From: Acidiferrobacterales bacterium
Lineage (GTDB): Bacteria; Pseudomonadota; Gammaproteobacteria; Acidiferrobacterales; UBA6901
NCBI GenBank assembly: GCA_036393295.1
Contig: DASWHF010000018.1
Span: 2,634 to 66,633 of the forward strand
Direction of reading: 5' to 3'
Length of the DNA stretch: 64,000 nucleotides
Part shown: one piece after another, positions 57,279-64,000 of the stretch
Numbering within the stretch: position 1 is the first letter of the stretch
How the letters are laid out: every line of letters begins with the position of its first letter
Position numbers and translations under genes: made by a program
The notes under the pieces: generated by a model
Told to the model about the DNA's origin: nothing
Database searches by the model: none
Seen by the model: the letters and a program-made list of their open reading frames with translations, nothing else

Positions 57279-57938
57279 TCATGCCGGCTCGTCGCGTACC
57301 AGCGGTACGAAGGTCACCAGATCGAGGCGCTCGGTGCTGAGGTCATGTTCGCCCCGCGTGACGAGCAGCAGTTCCTGGGCGCGCCCGCCGCCGATCGGAA
57401 TCACCATGTGCCCACCCGGCTTGAGCTGGGCCAGCAGCGCCGGCGGAATCTCGCCCGGCGCCGCGGTGACCAGGATGCCGTCATACGGCGCAAAGTCCGG
57501 CCAGCCGTCGCCGCCGTCGGCCTGCCGCAGGCGGAAATTACGATAGCCGAGATCCTGCAGGCGCCGCCGCGCCTGCTGCAGCAGCGGATCGAGCCGCTCC
57601 ACGGAATAGACCTGATCGACCAGCGCGCACAGGATCGCCGTCTGGTAACCGGAGCCGGTGCCGATCTCGAGGACCCTTTCGGGCCGGCCGCCGGCCAGCA
57701 GCGCCTCGGTCATGCGCGCGACGATATACGGCTGCGAGATGGTCTGGCTCATGCCGATCGGCAAGGCGGTGTCCTCGTAGGCGCGGGTTGCGAGCGCCTC
57801 GTCGACAAACAGATGGCGCGGGATGTTGAGCATGGCCGCCAGCACGCGCTCGTCGCGGATCCCCTCCTCGCGCAGCCGCCGAATAAGGCGTTCGCGTGTG
57901 CGCTGCGAGGTCATGCCGATGCCCTGGAACACGCTCAT
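57279..57938 (-). CDS. pcm: Protein-L-isoaspartate O-methyltransferase
   Basis: [19 protein letters not shown]...[16 protein letters not shown]...[13 protein letters not shown]. The start overlaps the surE stop. Confidence 0.9.
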   Translation of the reverse strand: MSVFQGIGMTSQRTRERLIRRLREEGIRDERVLAAMLNIPRHLFVDEALATRAYEDTALPIGMSQTISQPYIVARMTEALLAGGRPERVLEIGTGSGYQTAILCALVDQVYSVERLDPLLQQARRRLQDLGYRNFRLRQADGGDGWPDFAPYDGILVTAAPGEIPPALLAQLKPGGHMVIPIGGGRAQELLLVTRGEHDLSTERLDLVTFVPLVRDEPA

Positions 57939-58693
57939 GCCCCGACGCCTCCCTTGCCCAGCCAGGAGGCCACCTGATCGAGCGCCGCGTAGCGCGTCAA
58001 GTCGACCTGCAGCGGCGTGATCGAGACGACACACCGCCGCACCGCATGAAAGTCGGTGCCGGGGCCGGCGTCGGCCTCGGCGCCCGGTGCCCCGACCCAG
58101 TAGATCGGATTGCCGTGCGGATCGGCGGCACGCACCACCGGCTCGGCCTTGTGCCGATGGCCCAGGCGCGTCGCCTCGTAGCCGGCGATGGCGTCGAGCG
58201 CCACGTCCGGCACGTTGACGTTCAAAATGGTATCGGCCGGCAGCGGATCGCTCTGCAGGCGTTCGAGCAGCTTCAGCACGACCGCGGCCGCGGTCGCGTA
58301 GTGCCGGCCGTCCTTGCCGACCAGCGAGACGGCGATCGCCGGCAGTCCCATGTTACGCCCCTCCATGGCCGCCGCCACCGTGCCGGAATAGATCACGTCG
58401 TCGCCGAGATTGGCGCCGCGATTGATGCCGGCGATCACCATGTCCGGCTCGGCCGGCAGGAGCCCCGTGATCGCCAGGTGCACGCAATCGGTCGGGGTGC
58501 CGTCGACGTAGTAGAACCCGTTGGCGCCCTGCTGGACGCGCAACGGCCGGGTCAAGGTGAGGGAATTGCTGGCACCGCTGCGATCGCGTTCCGGCGCCAC
58601 GACATCCACCTCGGCATGGCGCCGGAGGGCCTCCGCCAGGCAGGCCAGGCCGGGCGCCAGGTAGCCGTCGTCGTTGCTCAGCAATATTCGCAT
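57935..58693 (-). CDS. surE: 5'/3'-nucleotidase SurE
   Basis: [16 protein letters not shown]...[10 protein letters not shown]...[24 protein letters not shown]. Confidence 0.9.
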   Translation of the reverse strand: MRILLSNDDGYLAPGLACLAEALRRHAEVDVVAPERDRSGASNSLTLTRPLRVQQGANGFYYVDGTPTDCVHLAITGLLPAEPDMVIAGINRGANLGDDVIYSGTVAAAMEGRNMGLPAIAVSLVGKDGRHYATAAAVVLKLLERLQSDPLPADTILNVNVPDVALDAIAGYEATRLGHRHKAEPVVRAADPHGNPIYWVGAPGAEADAGPGTDFHAVRRCVVSITPLQVDLTRYAALDQVASWLGKGGVGA

Positions 58694-58801
58694 GACGCGC
58701 GGAAGATACAGAAAACCGGGAGGGAAACCAATAGATTGCGCTTCCGATCGGCGTCCGGGCCGGCCGGGCGCGTGCCGCGTCAGTCCGGGGTGCGTACCGC
58801 G

Positions 58802-60571
58802 TCAGCGATCAGGTCGTTTGGGCGGCGCGGCCGCGCCCTGCCGGTAACCGCGCCACAGTCCTTCGAAAAAGTGGCGGGCATTGATGCCCAGCGTGCGGGT
58901 GCGGTAACCGCCCTCCTGCACGACCAGCGTCGGCAGGCCGACGGCCCCGATCGCGTCGCCGTTGCGCTCGAAGTCCGGGGACTTGAGCGGCCAGGAGCCG
59001 GTCGGATCGCCCTTGGCCGTGTCCAGGCCCAGGCACAGCACCAGGAACTGCGGCTTGTAGTCCTTGATGCGCTTGAGCGCGCGCGTGAGCGTGGCCTGGT
59101 AGCGCTCGACGGTGATCTGCTCGGGCAGCGGATAATTGACGTTATAGCCCTCGCCGGCGCCGCGCCCGCGCTCGTCCTCGAACCCGCTGAAGTGCGGATA
59201 GACGTAATTCGGATGGCCGTGCAGCGAAAGCGTCAACACATCGGCACGTTCGTAAAAAATCTCCTGAGTGCCGTTGCCGTGGTGATAGTCGATGTCGAGC
59301 ACCGCGACGCGGCCGATCTGGCTGAGATAATTGGCCGCGACCGCGGCGGAGTTGAAGTAACAGAAGCCGCCGAACGCGCGGCGTTCGGCGTGGTGCCCGG
59401 GCGGCCGCACCAGCGCATAGGCGAAGTGCCGGCCGGCGGCGATCAGCTCGGCGCCGGTCATGGCGCAATCCACCGCGCGCCGCGCCGCCAGGTAGGCGTT
59501 GTGATTGAGCGGCGTGAACGGGTCGATGCAGTAATAGCCGGCGCGCAGCGGCATGCTCTTCGGCGGCCGCGCGGTATTGCGGACCGGAAAGACCTCGGGA
59601 TAGATGGACTTGCCGGGCGGCATGCCGACGCAGGCATTGCGCAGATAGCTCACGTAATCCTTGTCGTGCACGGCGGTGATGTACTTCTCGGCGAAGGATT
59701 TCGGCTCGACGGTCTTGAACAAGGTGGTCTTCTGGAGCTCCTTGAGGATCGAGGCGGCGCGCACCGGCGCCTCCAAATAGCCGCGCTCGCGCACGTGATG
59801 GATCTCGTGCTTGTCGTTGACGATCAGCGCGATCGGCTGGCTGACGGACTCGGCCGGCAGCGCGCGCGGGAAGCCGCGGCGCGTGTAGCGCGGCGCGCGC
59901 AGCACCACCGGGTCGTCCTGGAACGAGGTGACCACGGCGGCGATGTACTCGGGCGTGCACAGGTCACCGTACTTGCGCTCGAGGATGGCGCGCACGATCC
60001 GGCGCGCGGTGTCGCGCCCGAGCTGCACGTCGCGTCCCAGGCCGTCGAACATCAGATAGTACAGATTCAGATCGTTCGGTTTCACCGGCATGGTGTAGGC
60101 GTTGTTGACGATCGGCCGCACCCCGTAGCGCTCGTAGAAGCGCATCCGGGCGACCGCCTGCTTGAGGATCGCCGGATCGGGATTGAGGTGCGGCTCGTCG
60201 GCGCGGCACTCGAAGAAGATGCCGATCGCCTCGAGCGACAACGCCTCCTCGCGCAGCCGCTCGTACAGCACGCTGCCGATACCGCCGCCGGTCTTGCCGG
60301 GCGCCGCCGACAGCAGGTCCAGGTAGCAGCACTTGAGATCGGCCATGTGCAGCAGCAGGGCGAACCCCTTGACGTTCGCCTGCGTGTCCTCGGCCACGAA
60401 CAGGATCGACCGGTACTTGAAGCGCAGCGGGTCCTCGAGCTGGCGCGGCAGCCGGTCGATGTCCTCCTGGCGGATAGTCGGGAATTGGCGCGGCAGGATC
60501 TCGGCGACCTGGGCAAGGGCGTGGCGATTGGCCGGCGAGGTGGTGTCGTGGATTTTTCTGATGCGGAACAA
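58802..60571 (-). CDS. Fusion protein: N-terminal GNAT-like acetyltransferase domain + C-terminal histone-deacetylase (HDAC/AcuC/acetylpolyamine amidohydrolase) domain
   Basis: The C-terminal half has RPPGHHA, DIDYHHGNGTQ and EGGY (zinc deacetylase motifs). The N-terminal ~200 aa has a GNAT-like LLSAAPGKTGGGIGSVLYERLREEA segment. The start is uncertain; TTG at 60571 after GGGGAAAG is proposed. Upstream track codons are Arg/Cys-rich read-through. Confidence 0.75.
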   Translation of the reverse strand: MFRIRKIHDTTSPANRHALAQVAEILPRQFPTIRQEDIDRLPRQLEDPLRFKYRSILFVAEDTQANVKGFALLLHMADLKCCYLDLLSAAPGKTGGGIGSVLYERLREEALSLEAIGIFFECRADEPHLNPDPAILKQAVARMRFYERYGVRPIVNNAYTMPVKPNDLNLYYLMFDGLGRDVQLGRDTARRIVRAILERKYGDLCTPEYIAAVVTSFQDDPVVLRAPRYTRRGFPRALPAESVSQPIALIVNDKHEIHHVRERGYLEAPVRAASILKELQKTTLFKTVEPKSFAEKYITAVHDKDYVSYLRNACVGMPPGKSIYPEVFPVRNTARPPKSMPLRAGYYCIDPFTPLNHNAYLAARRAVDCAMTGAELIAAGRHFAYALVRPPGHHAERRAFGGFCYFNSAAVAANYLSQIGRVAVLDIDYHHGNGTQEIFYERADVLTLSLHGHPNYVYPHFSGFEDERGRGAGEGYNVNYPLPEQITVERYQATLTRALKRIKDYKPQFLVLCLGLDTAKGDPTGSWPLKSPDFERNGDAIGAVGLPTLVVQEGGYRTRTLGINARHFFEGLWRGYRQGAAAPPKRPDR

Positions 60572-63232
60572 ACGGCTTTCCCCGGTCGGCCGGCCCCGAT
60601 CCGCGGGGCGCGCTGCGCGCCCATAATAGGGGCTGCGCGCCGCACCTGACAACCCGGCCGGGGCCAATGCCGCCAGACTGGCCCGTAGTTTGCATCTACA
60701 CTTGGAGTATCGGCAGGGAACGCACCGACCGAGGGCTCGGGCGGACCAGCTTCTCCAGGAATATCGAATCCGGCGCCACCGGAGCACCGTCACCGAAGTC
60801 CGGTGAGTGCCACGTGGGCGCCGCTGCCCAGGCCGAAACCGCCTTGTCGAGCACTGCAGCCAGACCGGACCCCAGCGACCGCACACCGGCGCGTACCGAC
60901 CAGGTGCTGGCCGAGCAACTGCGTTTGATCTTCTCGCAGGCGCCGGCGGCGCTGCTCATCACCTGCTTCAGCATTGCAACCGTGCTGACGCTGCTTTGGC
61001 GGGTCACGCCGCATACGCCGCTCATCGCCTGGGGCGGGTTTGCGCTCGCCGTTACCGCCGGCCGTTTCCTGCTGGTCGAGCTCTACCGCCGGCGCCGGCC
61101 GTCGGCGGCGGCGCGCGTCTGGCTGCGCCGTTACCTGGCCGGCGCGGCCGCCGGCGGCTCGGTGTTCGGCGCGGCCGCGGCCCTGATCCCCCTGACGCCG
61201 TCGCCGGCCCACCAGGTGCTGCTGATCTTCGTGATCGGCGGCATGGCCGGCGGCGCCATCTCATCGATGAGCGCTATCCTGCCGGCCTATATCAGCTTCG
61301 CGCTGCTGGCCATCGTGCCGCTGGTCGCGGCCATGCTGCACCAGGGCGGCGAAGTGTACTCCGCCATCTCCATCCTGCTGGCGCTGTACGCGGTGTTCAT
61401 GATCGGCGCCGCGCGCCAGGTGAATCGCAGCGTCCTGCGCTCCCTCGGCCTCGCCTTCGACAACGACCAACTGGTCACGACGCTGTCGGCGGCCCACGCC
61501 CAGGCCGAGACCATCAACCGCGACCTGCAGGAGGCCGTGCACCAACAGCGCCTGGCGCGCGAGGCGCTGTTCCAGGAGAAGGAGCGCGCCCAGGTGACGC
61601 TCGAGTCCATCGGTGACGCGGTGATCACCACCGACGTGAACGGCAGGATCGACTACCTCAATCCGGTGGCGGCCTCCCTGACCGGCTGGTCGCAGGACGA
61701 GGCGCGCGGCCGGCACTTGGACGAGATCCTGCGGCTGGTCGATGAGTCGACCGACGGCGCCATCGACGCGGTGTTCCAGCGCTGCCTGAGCCTCGATCCG
61801 CGCGACCGCGTCTGCGGCGAGACCCTGGTGGTGCACCGCGACGGCGACACCCGGCACGCCATCGAGATCACCGCCTCGGCGATCCGCGACCGTGCCGGCG
61901 CGATCGCCGGCAGCGTGCTGGTATTCCACGACGTCACCGAGCTGCGCGGGCTGGCGCGGCAGATGAGCTACCAGGCGAGCCACGACGCGCTCACCGGCCT
62001 GATCAACCGCCGCGAGTTCGACGCGCGCCTGGAGGCCGCGCTCGCCGCGGTGCGCCAGCACGGCCGGCATCACGCGCTCATGTACATCGACCTCGACCAG
62101 TTCAAGATCGTCAACGACAGCTGCGGCCACCTCGCCGGCGACGAGCTGCTCAAGCAGCTCGCCGAGCTGCTGCAGGCGACGATCCGCGACAACGACGTCC
62201 TGGCGCGCCTCGGCGGCGACGAGTTCGGCGTGCTGCTCCAGGGCTGCACGCTCGACAACGCGCTGCCGATCGCCGAGAAGCTGTTGCGGATCGTGCACGA
62301 GTTCCATTTCGTCTGGGAGGGCCGGAGCTTCGACGTCGGCATGAGCATCGGCCTGGTGCCGCTGACCGCCGACCTGCACGACCGCGCCGAGCTGCTGCGC
62401 GCCGCCGACGCCGCCTGCTACGTCGCCAAGGACGAGGGCCGCAACCGCATCCACGTCTATCTGCGCGACGACCAGACCATCGCCCAGCGCCACGGCGAGA
62501 TGCAATGGCTGCAACGCATCAAGCAGGCGCTGGCCGAGGACGAGTTCGAGCTGCACTACCAACCGGTGGTGCCGATCGACGCCGGCGGCGGCCTGCCCTC
62601 GCACTGCGAGGTCCTGCTGCGGATGCGCGACGCCGGCGGCCGCCTCATTCCACCGTTGACCTTCCTGCCGGCCGCCGAGCGCTACCAGCTGATGCCGCAG
62701 ATCGATCGCTGGGTGGTGAGCAAGGTGCTGGGCACCCTGAGCGCCGGCGGCTCGGTGCTGGGCGACTATGACATCTGCGCCATCAACCTCTCCGGCCAGT
62801 CGCTGGGCGACGAGGATTTTCTGGATTTCGTGCTGCTGGAGCTGGCCGAGGCCGGATTGGCGCCGGAACGTCTGTGCTTCGAGATCACCGAGACCGCGGC
62901 GATCGCCAATTTCCAGCGCGCCAGCCAGTTCGTCACGCGGCTGCGCGCGATGGGCTGCCGTTTCGCGCTCGACGACTTCGGCTCGGGCCTGAGCTCGTTC
63001 GGCTATCTCAAGAGCCTGCCGGTGGACTACCTCAAGATCGACGGGCGCTTCGTGCGCGACATCGTCGACGATCGGACCGACCGCACCATGGTCGAGGCGG
63101 TCAACCGCATCGGCCATGTCATGGGCAAACAGACCATCGCCGAGTTCGTCGAGAACGACGCGATTCTCGCGCTGCTGCGCGAACTGGGCGTCGATTACGC
63201 CCAGGGCTACGGCATCGCCATGCCGCAGCCGG

Positions 63233-64000
<768 letters not shown>

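Overview
High-GC (by eye roughly 65-70%) proteobacterial chromosomal segment. Core synteny looks gammaproteobacterial: uvrC-pgsA-tRNAGly-tRNACys-tRNALeu(UAA) and surE-pcm-nlpD-rpoS. Housekeeping genes include speD, nagZ, rlmD, cysM, recJ, thrC, hom, a DctPQM TRAP transporter, and a 10-gene Che2/F7-like chemosensory cluster (36.8-47.2 kb).

The strongest finding is that the tRNA-Leu(UAA) gene (15617..16413, minus) is split at the anticodon by a 710-nt group I (IC3-like) intron. An HNH endonuclease gene sits inside that intron on the opposite strand.

The first ~13 kb is a decaying accessory and metal-resistance region. It holds:
- an MFS::oxidoreductase deletion fusion;
- a frameshifted DUF1566 gene;
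- a truncated FtsX-type permease;
- a metal-sensing MerR regulator with a thioredoxin/CcdA operon;
- two back-to-back long-spacer MerR-type promoters;
- an in-frame merR'-'merA fusion relic;
- a czcC-czcA efflux operon with no adaptor (czcB) gene;
- an AT-rich scar carrying inverted repeats and a 13-bp motif array.

A second lower-GC island (about 29.9-34.3 kb) carries TetR, SDR and DsrE-like genes, a hydrolase gene stub, an IS200/RAYT-type Y1 transposase and orphan ORFs. A solitary dynamin-like GTPase follows it.

Two repeat families are present: a long GC-rich hairpin in three copies, and a 128-bp MITE-like element.

All calls rest on reading the translations and sequence by eye and on remembered family motifs; no searches were run. 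CDS coordinates follow the supplied ORF track, with starts trimmed where homology or gene overlaps indicate. Motif coordinates may be off by 1-2 nt.
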